Shown: positions 18,101 through 27,198, counted from the first letter of the stretch. The stretch: 36,586 nt of DNA from Thermoplasmata archaeon HGW-Thermoplasmata-1 (GCA_002838935.1 PGXE01000007.1:5673-42258); one strand, 5' to 3'. Translations and numbers: made by a program. Notes: generated by a model not told the origin, from the letters alone.

Positions 18101-19691
18101 CTTCGTTGCTGGCTTGACTGTCAGCGCAAATCCGGCGTCAGGCAGCGTGCGCTCCGGCGAGAGTCGCACCTACGAGATAACAGTCGAGAACAAGCAGACG
18201 ATCGACGATACGATACTCGTCGTCGCATGTCCGGTCCCCGCAGGCTGGAACGTGACTTTCGCTTCGGGTAGCAAAGAGACGAGCGTTTCTCTCGGCGCAG
18301 GCAATTCGACGAAACTAATCCTGGCCGTTAAAGCACCCGTCGATGCTATCGCGGAAAGCGAGTTCTTGACTACAGTTAGGGGCGTTTCGTCTAACGTAGC
18401 CATATTCGACAAGGTCGGTATAATTACAAAGGTAACGGGCCAGGTCGGCGTCAGGATAGACTACGACTATCTGGCGAAGACGGTCGAACCCGGCGGTTAT
18501 TTCAACTATCCGATTCGCATCTGGAACGAGGGCACGGACTGGGACACCATTTCGATAACTACCTCCGCCCCTCAGCCTGGCTGGACAGTTGCCGCAGCCG
18601 ATGCCGCGCTCACGATACCGCCGCTCAGCTTCAAGCAGACCTACGTCAACGTGTCGGCTCCGGAATCTGCGGAGATGGGCGTGAGCATGAACACGCTCGT
18701 AACGGCACGTTCCGGCAAGGATTCGACAATCTATAAGACGGTTACGTTCAACACTACCGTGGCGATACGCGCACTCGACCTCATAAAAGCCTACAACCTT
18801 ACGATGACGCGGCAGTTCCCTGCAGAATCCGCGTTCTACATGCTCACAGTCAAGAACACGGGAACGCTGACCGACGAATTCGGCGTTACGGTTTCCATGC
18901 CTGCAGAACTCCTTGAGCAGGGCTGGAACGCGTCGCTCGACGTGAACACGACCTCGCAGCTTTTAGTCGGCCAGTCGAAGGACATAAAGCTGAACGTGAC
19001 CGCGCCGCTGAACGCAACGTCCGGGGATTACGCCCTCATATCCGTAAGGGCGCAGTCGCAAGGCAGAGTGTCCGTCGCAAAGACGGCGGTCGTGAACGTC
19101 AGCATATGCGACTACGCGGCAAGGGACCTTGACGGCGACGGAGTGATGGAATACGCGGGCGACATCGACGGCAACGCGACGACCGGCTACGAACGGTTCT
19201 TCGATTCCGGCATTGGCAACAACACGACTGCGATGGTATACCGCGTCTTTGGCGACCCGATAAACAAGACCGGCTTTATCCTCACGTCCGTCGATGAGGG
19301 AGTCGTCTACAAGTACTGGAACCCGCACGACGACGTGGTGACCAACATCACCTACCTCGCGAACATCACGGGCGATGAACTCCGGGAGATATTCATCGAT
19401 ACCACCGGCAACGGCAAGGTCGACGCCGTGTTCTTCCCGGAAACCGGGATGCTTTACCCTGTCATAATCGTGGATATCGACGGCGTCGAGCATTTCGTCG
19501 TGGACCTCAACGGGAACGGCGTGATGGACGAGGGCGACATCGTCTACAACCCGACCACTGCCGAGACCTACACCGTGATGCCCGAAGAATCGCTTGCAGA
19601 CAAACTGCTCGGCTACTGGTACGTCTATCTCCTTGCCGCTGTCGTGGCGCTGCTTGCGATAGTCGTGTCGAGCGTCAAGAGAAAGAAGTAG
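15153..19691 (+). CDS. Large (~1510 aa) membrane-anchored surface protein with multiple NEW3/Ig-like repeats and DxDGDG Ca-binding-like motifs
   Basis: Signal peptide; about 7 repeats of N.G...D.F/Y...GW...; DLDGDG, DIDGN, DTTGNG and DLNGNG motifs; C-terminal TM helix plus KRKK; RBS GAGGAG before ATG 15153. Confidence 0.88.
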   Translation: MTKTGNFNMPRMLAVMLSVMFLVPAGMIFSGNNAEAASQSFPGVQRTQVDTLNFWFHYNYNMDFSESTAEDPTIEPAFDVDDSGPYTLPIGFVYDPTSPYTGDALKSDLAVRNYADGTSGKVIIYVASPGNVLVDVTVTAKLYKGTNSAGELMLEGEKTEESLVGEDMTFTIPLSLPESKNECVFSQGEMIYVKIEAAPSDLADPIFLYDSVDYPAYMSLFCESIKTALDTYDYENNEKAIFDPLAEDDDNRTVNFKYYLTNAFGTGYSSTPRVTLTAPDGTVLCYDYATPNNINSATKLYNYSWTYPENAATGDYTVTFYGKSNGGNALPYRDNLKFRMGDFDYKFTAYANDVTHYVRAGEWTSFLMRIENTGATTDTFTFANSEPASGWTAEAPAGVKVAPGGHANVYFKMKSPDSAAVGALSSLRLTATSTGGKVSQDVDVITIVTDNTIYGVKLTTPTPEIKMKYNTTETVEVMVKNLGTLSDTFGLSYAVSSGWTDGEGNALDTDKWNVELLPPTIDNLYGSSTEISLLKVTTPEDAQIGQYINVDITGKSFNSPTKTHTLRVKVAIGGFYGFEVDILGDAKTHNLGGYGEDEWLVGVLGGGVFSTVYTRAGYNYFTIMIHNTGDEDTYMLSHWTQTRSAAWGYCLEDRDGNEISSITVPAGGYGEFRLRTSYTSYPTSGTYDKYSTYHVGIMSQANPIKYVTVSDLKTDANDGYSGIEKYKISLDAIEITDHANHTLGLADMEKTLVPGGNVSYKFRVTNTGNFGDNAYLSSSLSSKQKQDGWKVEMFDEAGDIIGEDGYIALGTVNAGAYTGTGPGLDAEIVVNVTAPTTAQAGVYLDLTVTAVSKGDASKFDQISFLTTIAETKAVDLSVLPESVAIHPGKTANYLVTVHNSGSTYDEFALSAALDSASVAKGWAASFSQGTVGVPAGRSYGTVLSVKAPSNAASGETCTINVTAFNKNDAKVNKSIVVEARVESFVAGLTVSANPASGSVRSGESRTYEITVENKQTIDDTILVVACPVPAGWNVTFASGSKETSVSLGAGNSTKLILAVKAPVDAIAESEFLTTVRGVSSNVAIFDKVGIITKVTGQVGVRIDYDYLAKTVEPGGYFNYPIRIWNEGTDWDTISITTSAPQPGWTVAAADAALTIPPLSFKQTYVNVSAPESAEMGVSMNTLVTARSGKDSTIYKTVTFNTTVAIRALDLIKAYNLTMTRQFPAESAFYMLTVKNTGTLTDEFGVTVSMPAELLEQGWNASLDVNTTSQLLVGQSKDIKLNVTAPLNATSGDYALISVRAQSQGRVSVAKTAVVNVSICDYAARDLDGDGVMEYAGDIDGNATTGYERFFDSGIGNNTTAMVYRVFGDPINKTGFILTSVDEGVVYKYWNPHDDVVTNITYLANITGDELREIFIDTTGNGKVDAVFFPETGMLYPVIIVDIDGVEHFVVDLNGNGVMDEGDIVYNPTTAETYTVMPEESLADKLLGYWYVYLLAAVVALLAIVVSSVKRKK

Positions 19692-19777
19692 GCAAAAAAC
19701 GGCGCGGCCCGCGCAAATGCCCAGAACGCCATGCGCGAAAAGCGGCAAAGCAACCGCCCCTCCCGCATCAACTCTTT

Positions 19778-20335
19778 TCACTCTTCTAAAACCGGTTTTT
19801 TCCTTTCTTGTGTTTTTCCAAGATCCACCCATATCTCGGCAAAACGGTCGACCGTTTCGTCTAGGAAGCTTTCTTTGTAGGTTATCAGTAGTTCTGTTAC
19901 CGCGTCCTCGTTTTCAATGCAGAGGCGGCCGTTTGGGTCATTTGACACTATTCCGTTTTTTAGCAGTTGAGAAAGCGCGGACGATAACGCCGCCCCATCG
20001 AGCCCGATGTGCGCGCAGGCGTCCTTCGCCGTGCACGGCCCGCTTAGAAGGAGGTGCATGACGAGGTCGCGGGCATCCTTGCGCCGCAAAAGCATCATCA
20101 AATCCTTCTCCTTTCTCCCCATCTTCTCCTTTACGAAATACCTCACGTTCCTGCCGTCGCGCTTCTTCATCACGAGCTCCTTTTTTTCGAGGTAGTGCAG
20201 GTGGTATTCGAGAGTGCCAGTCGTCATGCCTATCCGGCGCTGAAGCTCCCGGTGGTGTATCCCCGGATTCAGAAGAAGGGTGCGGTAGATGTTGCGCCGG
20301 TTCTCAAGAGCCAGCAAGTCGGGTTCCTTTCCCAT
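19778..20335 (-). CDS. Double winged-helix transcriptional regulator (COG3398/ArsR-like)
   Basis: LENRRNIY..L..NPGIH.REL.R..GM..GTLEYHL.YLEK; second HTH; C-terminal Y.ESFLD..VDRF..IW. Confidence 0.88.
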   Translation of the reverse strand: MGKEPDLLALENRRNIYRTLLLNPGIHHRELQRRIGMTTGTLEYHLHYLEKKELVMKKRDGRNVRYFVKEKMGRKEKDLMMLLRRKDARDLVMHLLLSGPCTAKDACAHIGLDGAALSSALSQLLKNGIVSNDPNGRLCIENEDAVTELLITYKESFLDETVDRFAEIWVDLGKTQERKKPVLEE

Positions 20336-20349
20336 GCGAAACCTTCTTT

Positions 20350-20616
20350 TCAGACCCTTCCAATCGCAAGCGCCATGAACGCGAGAACGCCAAGCACGTA
20401 GAGCGAGAGCATGTTCAGCAGCGTGCCAGTCGATATCGCAACGGCAAAGCTCTCGAGCACGAGAGTCAGGCCGAATATCAAAAGCAGCAGTATCGCGCAG
20501 GCAATGAAGAAAAGCCGCAGGCTGCCCTGTTTCCTGTAGGCCGCAACCGACGTGTAGAGGAGCCAGCCGGAGAGCAGGGATATGCTTATACCTAGGATTA
20601 GATGCAGCAGGTTCAT
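20350..20616 (-). CDS. Small three-TM membrane protein upstream of the wHTH regulator
   Basis: Hydrophobic; S..AYRK.GS.RLFFI motif; likely operonic with the regulator. Confidence 0.7.
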   Translation of the reverse strand: MNLLHLILGISISLLSGWLLYTSVAAYRKQGSLRLFFIACAILLLLIFGLTLVLESFAVAISTGTLLNMLSLYVLGVLAFMALAIGRV

Positions 20617-20696
20617 ATTATCACAATATCGGGCAAACGCATGTCCGCTTATTAATTCTTTTGAAAAACGAACGTCAAAACAGAAAAAGTGCAGGC

Positions 20697-21857
20697 TCAC
20701 TCCCTTGGTGTTGCAACCTTCCGGACCGACGGTGCGGTATCGGGTGCATTTTTCACCCTTGGGGTGGTGTCGCGCAGATGCGCCCACGTTTCAAACGATC
20801 TCGGGTGGTAGCCGCTGTGGGATGCGCAGTATTTGCTTCCATCCTTTGCAACGTTCCCGCATTGCCTGCCGGACTCCGTTACCGCAGCGCACTGATAGTT
20901 TTTGGGATCACCCTCTGAAGATGCGGCCGTATCCGCGTTTTCGTATTGGACTCCGAGGATGGCGGGTTTCGTGTGGATGATGCCTTGCGCCGGTTCGTCC
21001 TCCATGCTCTTCATCATCTGCCCTTCGGTAAGTGGATAGTAACCCTTGTGCGAAGCGCAGTATTTGCTCCCTCTGCGTGCCGAGTTCGTGCACTGTTCGT
21101 CCGCCGCCGTTATCGCCATGCACTGCGGGCGGTAGCTCTTCTCCTCTGCGGCGTGATGGATGCGGTGGCCCTCCTTCATGAGAAACGGCATACCGGTCTG
21201 CTCGCTTACGCCGACGACGTACCCGTCTGGCTTTGGCGTCGGCTCCCCGCTTTTTGGCGTATGCTTCGAAAAGAAATAAATCGGCCTGCTCTTGCCGTTC
21301 TTGAGCGCGATGTCACTGCGGTATAACGTATAATCGCCGTAATGAAAAGGCGCTTCCCGCATCTTCGTTTCGCATAATGCCGTTGGCGCGAGGGGGGCTG
21401 GTTTAGCAGTTATCTTTCCTTTTGCCCAGCATGCGGGGCATATCGCGCGGTGACCATACTGGGACTTCTCGGCGCGGAATATCTCGCCGCATTTCTCGCA
21501 CTTCACCTTCATGTCCGTGGTTTCCCATTTTGCGTCAGCCGGATACTCGTCGCTTTCGGCGGCCGCCTCTTTTTTTGAGCGAGCCCTTTTCTTTGCGGAT
21601 ACGAGGGCGAGTATCAGTATGAGAATCAGCAGCACGCCGATTGCCCCAAGCACTATCGGCGCCCAAAGCACGACCGTGTCGAACGACACGCCGGTTCCAA
21701 AGAGGTCGGCGTCGCCCTCTGCGAACTTCAAAATCACGTATGTGAACAAACCTGCTATGGCAAGAACGAGTATCAGCAGGATTACGGCGGGGGCCACCCA
21801 CCACCTCGCGGCCTTTTTCTCCTTGGTTTTACGAGCGGACTTTTTATCCTTTGTCAT
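20697..21857 (-). CDS. Membrane-anchored protein with Zn-ribbon and two CCCH (DUF5763-like) motifs
   Basis: Two N-terminal TMs; CEKC...CPAC; QCMAIT...QCTN...GSKYCASH and QCAAVT..G.QC.N...GSKYCASH; RBS GGTG. Confidence 0.75.
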   Translation of the reverse strand: MTKDKKSARKTKEKKAARWWVAPAVILLILVLAIAGLFTYVILKFAEGDADLFGTGVSFDTVVLWAPIVLGAIGVLLILILILALVSAKKRARSKKEAAAESDEYPADAKWETTDMKVKCEKCGEIFRAEKSQYGHRAICPACWAKGKITAKPAPLAPTALCETKMREAPFHYGDYTLYRSDIALKNGKSRPIYFFSKHTPKSGEPTPKPDGYVVGVSEQTGMPFLMKEGHRIHHAAEEKSYRPQCMAITAADEQCTNSARRGSKYCASHKGYYPLTEGQMMKSMEDEPAQGIIHTKPAILGVQYENADTAASSEGDPKNYQCAAVTESGRQCGNVAKDGSKYCASHSGYHPRSFETWAHLRDTTPRVKNAPDTAPSVRKVATPRE

Positions 21858-22060
21858 GAGCGCACCATCCATCGCGTCAATTGCACAGATCCCCTGCCCG
21901 GGCATCAGGTCTATCTATGCAAGAATGAAGAATACTTAATATAACCTTTTTGGTCGCATATACCTGTTTTTCTGCCATCTCCCCCCATTTTTCCAATAAA
22001 AACCTTATAGGCCTCATTCATTCAGGGATATACCAAAAAAGAGACGTGAAGAGGGATATC

Positions 22061-23125
22061 ATGACCTGTGCTTCTATTTCACAAAGCCTAAAAAACGGTT
22101 TCGCCATCAGCGTTGAGAAACTTGGCAAAATGGCAAAAAGGCCGGCAGTGGCCGCCGCGGCGATCCTGTTCGTACCCGGCCTGTTCATACTCTTGGGCCA
22201 CATCCTATACACGAACCTCGACAGCTACCTTTTCAGCCTTATCGTCATGGCGCCGATGTTCGTCGGCCTTGGTTTCCTCGGCCTGGGCTACATCTTCCGC
22301 CTTCGCTCGCGCCACATACTGATGGCCGTCGGCTGGCTCGTCTTCTCGCTTTACTGGGGAACGCAGGTCGACCTTCTTTACTGGGAGGAGGGCGGATTCA
22401 TAAACGCGGCCTTTGGCGCCGCAGCCGTTTACCTTTTTGCGTATCTCGCATACCACGAGGTCATCTCCCATGCGAAGAAGGAGAATTTCGCGCCACTCGA
22501 GTTCATGGCCGGAGCGACGTTCGTTGCCGCGTTCTTCTATTTTCTCGTAGAGCGGATACCTTCAGTATCGCGGTTCCTGATAACCGAGGTGGCCGACCAG
22601 TCCGCCGGCGTTCTGCGGCTATTCGGGCACGACTTCACGTCAGGCGTCGCAATCCTGCCGCACGGCGCACCCTGGTTTGCATTCAACGCGCCGATATATT
22701 ATAACGGCGAGATGACGAATATCTCGATAATACTCGCCTGCACCGCGCTGCAGTCGATAATGATATTCGTGGGTGCAATCTACGCCACGACAGGCAAGAT
22801 ACCGCTCAAAAGAAGGATTGCGGCGCTCGCTGCAACCGCCATACCGATATACGTTCTCAACCTTTTCAGGAACGCAGGCGTTATCTGGGCGGTCATAGTC
22901 AGGGGGTGGGATTTCGGGATCGTTCACGACTGGGTGGCGAAGTTCGGCGTGCTCCTGGTTTTGGTGGCGCTTGCCTATATCGTCTTCAAGCTTCTTCCAG
23001 AGCTTTACGACGACCTCGCAGGCCTGCTCGACCTTCCAAAGAGAAACGGCCCCGTAGAGCGGTTCTTCAGGGAGCGTTTTGGCAAAAAACCGGAAACCTT
23101 GAATGAGCAGGGTGGAGAGGAATGA
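22061..23125 (+). CDS. artA: Archaeosortase A
   Basis: Polytopic membrane protein; catalytic-type IILACTALQS, IYVLNLFRN and HDWVAK motifs. Start at 22061 or 22130. Confidence 0.88.
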   Translation: MTCASISQSLKNGFAISVEKLGKMAKRPAVAAAAILFVPGLFILLGHILYTNLDSYLFSLIVMAPMFVGLGFLGLGYIFRLRSRHILMAVGWLVFSLYWGTQVDLLYWEEGGFINAAFGAAAVYLFAYLAYHEVISHAKKENFAPLEFMAGATFVAAFFYFLVERIPSVSRFLITEVADQSAGVLRLFGHDFTSGVAILPHGAPWFAFNAPIYYNGEMTNISIILACTALQSIMIFVGAIYATTGKIPLKRRIAALAATAIPIYVLNLFRNAGVIWAVIVRGWDFGIVHDWVAKFGVLLVLVALAYIVFKLLPELYDDLAGLLDLPKRNGPVERFFRERFGKKPETLNEQGGEE

Positions 23126-23763
23126 GGATAGCGGCGGGTTCCGTCTCGTGGATAATGGCGTCCCTTGCGGCAACGGCGCTGCTGCTTTTCGCATCCGTGC
23201 CAATATATACCGGAGGCGGGCGGTGGTTTCTCGCGCTGCCGCTCGCATCGTTGCTTTTCACTCTGTTCCTTTTCTTCTTCTTTCGCGACCCCGTGCGCAG
23301 TATCGGTGCCGGCATCGTGGCGCCCGCCGACGGGAAGGTGCAGTTTCTCGACCGCGTGAGCGACTCCGACGTCGGCGACGCGGTGCGGCTTTCGGTTTTC
23401 ATGAACCTGCACAACGTCCACGTCAACCGCTTCCCTCTTGCCGGACGGGTTATTTCGGTAGAGCGCGCCGCCGGAAAGCACCTGCCGGCATTCGATAAGG
23501 ATTCGGAGCGAAACGAGCGCGCGGTCATACTTATGGAAACCGGCATAGGCACAGTCAAGCTCGTGCAGATAGCGGGCGCCGTTGCAAGGCGGATATACCC
23601 CTACGTCAAGGGCGGGGAGAGCGTGCGGAAAGGCGACAAACTGGGCCTCATTCGGCTCGGTTCGCGTTTTGACATCTACGTTCCTTTTGGCGGCGCAGAG
23701 TTTACGGTAAAGGTGGGGGACAGGGTTCTTGCAGGCTTGACTTCGATAGGGCGCACGCTATAA
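23122..23763 (+). CDS. psd: Phosphatidylserine (archaetidylserine) decarboxylase proenzyme
   Basis: FFFRDP.R, APADGKV, SVFMNLHNVHVNRFP, NER, QIAG.VARRI and the self-cleavage motif LGSR; ATGA overlap with artA. Confidence 0.92.
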   Translation: MRIAAGSVSWIMASLAATALLLFASVPIYTGGGRWFLALPLASLLFTLFLFFFFRDPVRSIGAGIVAPADGKVQFLDRVSDSDVGDAVRLSVFMNLHNVHVNRFPLAGRVISVERAAGKHLPAFDKDSERNERAVILMETGIGTVKLVQIAGAVARRIYPYVKGGESVRKGDKLGLIRLGSRFDIYVPFGGAEFTVKVGDRVLAGLTSIGRTL

Positions 23764-23849
23764 AACCTCTTTTGCCGGAGCAAATCCCGCAAGCAACAGG
23801 CAGCAAAAGCAAAACGCGCGCAATATGGGCGCGCGCAATCGCAAAAATG

Positions 23850-26105
23850 TCAATACTTCTTTCTTGTGAATACCCAGTGGACTGCGATAACGATCAGCAA
23901 CGAGCCCATGACGAGCGGTATTATGAACGCAGGCTCCTCGCCGTATTCGGGATAGATGAAAAGCGTGTATTCCGGGGATGCTGCCGCATTTCCCGAAACG
24001 TCGGTCACTATGATAGAAAACTTCATGGTGCCCCCCTTTTCCACGTCCGGGAGGGCGACTTCGTAGAAAGTTTCGCCCGCGCCCCCTTCGTGCATCTCTG
24101 CAAGTTCCGCGTAATCCATGACACCGTTGAGTTCGTAGTGCAACTCCGCCTTCAGTATGGCGTTGTTGTCTATCGCGCTGCATCCGACCCATACCGGCTG
24201 TTTCCACATCGAATAGCTCTTCTTTCCGGCTTGCGAGATGTCGATGGTTTGCGCCTTCGACTCGCCGATGACCGTAATCGATATCTCGCGCCCTCCATTC
24301 TTTAGAAGTTCCGGTTTTTTGGTGTCGTTGTATGAAACGGTTATCCGGGTAACGTCCTTTTCGAGCATCACGCTGCCGTTTATCGTAATCCTCCCGGAGG
24401 TTTCGTTATGCACGAATTCGACCTCGTTTTCGCCCACGAAAACCGATTCGCAGGCCACGCCTTCGTTGAGCGCCAACGTCAGGTTATTCAATGCGATTGC
24501 GCGCTCCGGATTGAAGAGCGATATCCGTATCTCCCGCTCGCCGTATTCTATCGTTTTAGGGAATATCGCAAGGGGCTGTTCTATCCTGAGTGTATTCTGC
24601 CCTTGCAAGAGCGGCGTCACGGTTGCGAAGTGGTTCGCGCTTTTTGCATCTATGAAAAATCCGATTTCACGTAAAGCGCCCTCGTCAAGCAGGTATCCTC
24701 TTGAACCGAATGCGCCCGAAAGGTAATTTTCGCCAAGAGGGCTTGCCCATCCGCTTATCGCCCCAAGCGGCCCCAAAACGACCCGCCCCGGGCTTTCCAC
24801 ATCGGAATCTATCGTGACGTTCCACCTTGAGCGGCTTTCAAGGATATTGCCGCCGTCGACAGCATCGGCAAAGCGTTCGTAACCGGAGGCCGCCTTCTTG
24901 CCGGCGTATATCGTCAAATTGGATTCGAAAGGTTCGTCCGCCTTAATCGACAGCCCGCAAGACATGGAGAAGAGGGCAAAAGCCATTGCCTCGATATCAG
25001 GCGAGCCATCCGGTTTTACGAGCCAGCCGCTTTCGTAATCGAGCATTCCGCTGCCAAGCAGCCCCCTCGTAAAGAGCTTGCCCTCAAGGGATGACGCCGC
25101 CGCAGCCGCGTCGAGCACGACGCCTCCGCCCGCGTATACCGTCTCATCGGGAAAGAGTTCGCTCATCTTGAGCAGCAAGATGTGAAAGAGGGACGCGCCA
25201 AGCGAGCCGCTTACCCCGTCGCCGAAGCTGTCGAACACGAGCGCACCGCCGTCAAGAGAGTAACGCGACAGCACCTCCGCTATGAACCTTGTTGCCTGGA
25301 TCGAACGCACGGCGACCTCGTCGTTTTGCACCCGTTCGTGCAGCAGGAGCCCGGCAAGCGCGAGGGCCGCATTGTCGCAGGCGTTTCTTTTGCCGTCAGA
25401 GAGGTAAGCGCCACCGGAGAAATTCGTCCCCCCAAGATATTCGAGCGTTCTTTTCGCGTTCTTCTCGTATTCAGTAAAGCCGCCGTCGGCTACCTCAAGG
25501 GCGGCGATGACGGCAAGCGCCTGTTCGTAGTTGCCGGAATATCCGTCCCCGCCGCTGCCGCGCCCGTCCCCGCCGTAAATTCCCGGGACATCGGCCTTTC
25601 CGTAGATGTCGCCGTCGTGCGTGCCGTCCATCCAGGCGGCTACGGTGTCCGCCCTCTGAAGATAACCGTAAAGCCGGGTGGCGTCGTAAAGCGCCTTTGC
25701 AGCGATTATTGCCCATGCGTTTGCCAGAAGCGGGTCGCTGCCGTAAGGGTCGTAGCATCCAGTGTCGAGATCGAAGAACTGTTCGCAATATTGCCATGCG
25801 GTTTCGGCCCTATCGCGGTAAAGCGGGTCGCCGCCTCTTTGTGAAAGCACGGCAAGGGCCGCCATCCCCGCGAACTGACCGTATGGCGGCGCACCGAAAG
25901 CCTCCCCGAGGTCAGCATCCTGGCGGAGTATCTCGCCATCCGGCGCCACCGCTTCCAAAAGGGCATTCGCGAGGACGAGGTCGATGGTGGCTGCACCCTC
26001 AAGCGGCTTCGCATAAATGGCGGATGCGCCGCTGCAGCACGCGGAGAGCAGCAGGGCGCCAACAATCGCAAGCGAGATGCCGTAAAGAGCCTGATGTTTT
26101 CCCAT
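23850..26105 (-). CDS. Secreted, C-terminally anchored protein with a helical (alpha/alpha-toroid-like) N-terminal domain
   Basis: Signal peptide from MGKHQ; helical repeats (GDPLYRDRAE.AW, LYDATR..GYL.RA..VAAW, DNA.LALA) reminiscent of six-hairpin glycosidase folds; C-terminal TM plus RKKY. Confidence 0.7.
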   Translation of the reverse strand: MGKHQALYGISLAIVGALLLSACCSGASAIYAKPLEGAATIDLVLANALLEAVAPDGEILRQDADLGEAFGAPPYGQFAGMAALAVLSQRGGDPLYRDRAETAWQYCEQFFDLDTGCYDPYGSDPLLANAWAIIAAKALYDATRLYGYLQRADTVAAWMDGTHDGDIYGKADVPGIYGGDGRGSGGDGYSGNYEQALAVIAALEVADGGFTEYEKNAKRTLEYLGGTNFSGGAYLSDGKRNACDNAALALAGLLLHERVQNDEVAVRSIQATRFIAEVLSRYSLDGGALVFDSFGDGVSGSLGASLFHILLLKMSELFPDETVYAGGGVVLDAAAAASSLEGKLFTRGLLGSGMLDYESGWLVKPDGSPDIEAMAFALFSMSCGLSIKADEPFESNLTIYAGKKAASGYERFADAVDGGNILESRSRWNVTIDSDVESPGRVVLGPLGAISGWASPLGENYLSGAFGSRGYLLDEGALREIGFFIDAKSANHFATVTPLLQGQNTLRIEQPLAIFPKTIEYGEREIRISLFNPERAIALNNLTLALNEGVACESVFVGENEVEFVHNETSGRITINGSVMLEKDVTRITVSYNDTKKPELLKNGGREISITVIGESKAQTIDISQAGKKSYSMWKQPVWVGCSAIDNNAILKAELHYELNGVMDYAELAEMHEGGAGETFYEVALPDVEKGGTMKFSIIVTDVSGNAAASPEYTLFIYPEYGEEPAFIIPLVMGSLLIVIAVHWVFTRKKY

Positions 26106-26153
26106 CAAAAGGCAAATGGCTTTAATGCTTAAATCATTTCGTAAGTTGATTCC

Positions 26154-26795
26154 ATGGCGGACGAACAGCAAAAAACAGGCCTTCGCGGGTTGTTTGTGAC
26201 CTTTGACGGCATAGACGGCTCAGGCAAATCGACAGCCATCAAGAAGGTTGCCCGCGAACTCGTTAAAAGGGGATACGACGTTTTGCTGACGCGCGAGCCG
26301 ACTGATAGCTGGCTTGGGGACGCGGTGAACCGGGCGATAAGGGAGCAGGCCGACCCGTTTGTCATAGCCTTTGCGTTCATGGCTGACCGCGCGCTGCACG
26401 TAAACAGGATAGTGAAGTGGCTCGAGGAGGGAAAGATAGTCCTCTGCGACCGCTACGTCGATTCTACCTACGCCTATCAGGCCGCGCACATGGAAGGGTT
26501 CATGGAGAAGCCGATTGAATGGCTAAAGGCGATGCACGAGCCGTTTGCGCTGTGTCCTGATATCACGCTGCTTTTCGACATCTCTCCCGAAGATGCACTT
26601 GCCAGGGTGCAGGGAAGGGAAGAGCTCATCATGTTCGAGAAGGTCGAATTCCTTTCAAAGGTAGGGCAGAACTACCTTTTGCTTCTCGAAGACAATCCTG
26701 TTATGGCAAGGATTGACGCATCGAAAAGCATCACCGCTGTCGCGTCGGATTGCCTGAAAAAGATACTCGAAAGGATTCAGGATAATCCGGAGTAA
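26154..26795 (+). CDS. tmk: Thymidylate kinase
   Basis: FDGIDGSGKST P-loop; TREP, F.ADR..H and VLCDRYVDSTYAYQ motifs. Confidence 0.95.
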   Translation: MADEQQKTGLRGLFVTFDGIDGSGKSTAIKKVARELVKRGYDVLLTREPTDSWLGDAVNRAIREQADPFVIAFAFMADRALHVNRIVKWLEEGKIVLCDRYVDSTYAYQAAHMEGFMEKPIEWLKAMHEPFALCPDITLLFDISPEDALARVQGREELIMFEKVEFLSKVGQNYLLLLEDNPVMARIDASKSITAVASDCLKKILERIQDNPE

Positions 26796-26830
26796 TCCGG
26801 AATAAATGTTATTTTGAGAGGCTTCGAGAA

Positions 26831-26975
26831 GCCGCTGGCGCAGACGAAAAGCACAAAATATTTGGCGTGAATTACGCCCTCTCGCTTTCGCGATTCGGCT
26901 CAGTCGCAAATCGAAGATTTGCTCCTACGTCCCAATGCTCACGTTATTCGCATTGGTTCTAATTCCGCAAGCGGC
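26831..26975 (-). repeat. tRNA-linked structured element bounded by inverted and direct copies of the tRNA-Thr 3' end
   Basis: Ends GCCGCT/AGCGGC. 26829-26840 equals 27006-27017 and 26863-26873 equals 27013-27023. Internal hairpins are present. Confidence 0.65.
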
Positions 26976-27006
26976 ACTGTGAATTTGAAAAATTGGTGAG
27001 TTTGAA

Positions 27007-27078
27007 AGCCGCTGGCGTGAATTGAACACGCGACCTACTCCTTACCAAGGAGTCGCTATACCTCTAAGCCACAGCGGC
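27007..27078 (-). tRNA. tRNA-Thr(GGT)
   Basis: Minus strand GCCGCTGTGGCTTAGAGGTATAGCGACTCC-TTGGTAA-GGAGTAGGTCGCGTG-TTCAATT-CACGCCAGCGGCT forms a full cloverleaf; no encoded CCA. Confidence 0.95.
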
Positions 27079-27189
27079 ATGCGAGCAAGTCCGATATTGG
27101 CTCTTTCTTTTTAAGCTTTACCAACTTTTTCGCAAAGAGTTTGGACCCATCGCAACAGGGATATTCTGCCTTATAAAAAACCATAAATG

Positions 27190-27198
27190 CTTAAATAC
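27190..27198 (+). promoter_or_regulatory. TATA box for tRNA-Ile2
   Basis: CTTAAATAC preceded by an A-rich BRE-like stretch, about 35-40 nt upstream of the mature tRNA. Confidence 0.5.

Noticed and set aside
15153..19691. PGF-CTERM substrate or DGR target
   Set aside because: The C-terminus has a TM helix and basic tail but no PGF-like motif. No reverse transcriptase or TR/VR pair was seen.
26829..26873. att site of an integrated provirus or island at tRNA-Thr
   Set aside because: The duplicated 3' end lies only about 150 nt from the tRNA, with no integrase or cargo. At most it is a remnant, treated above as a small element.
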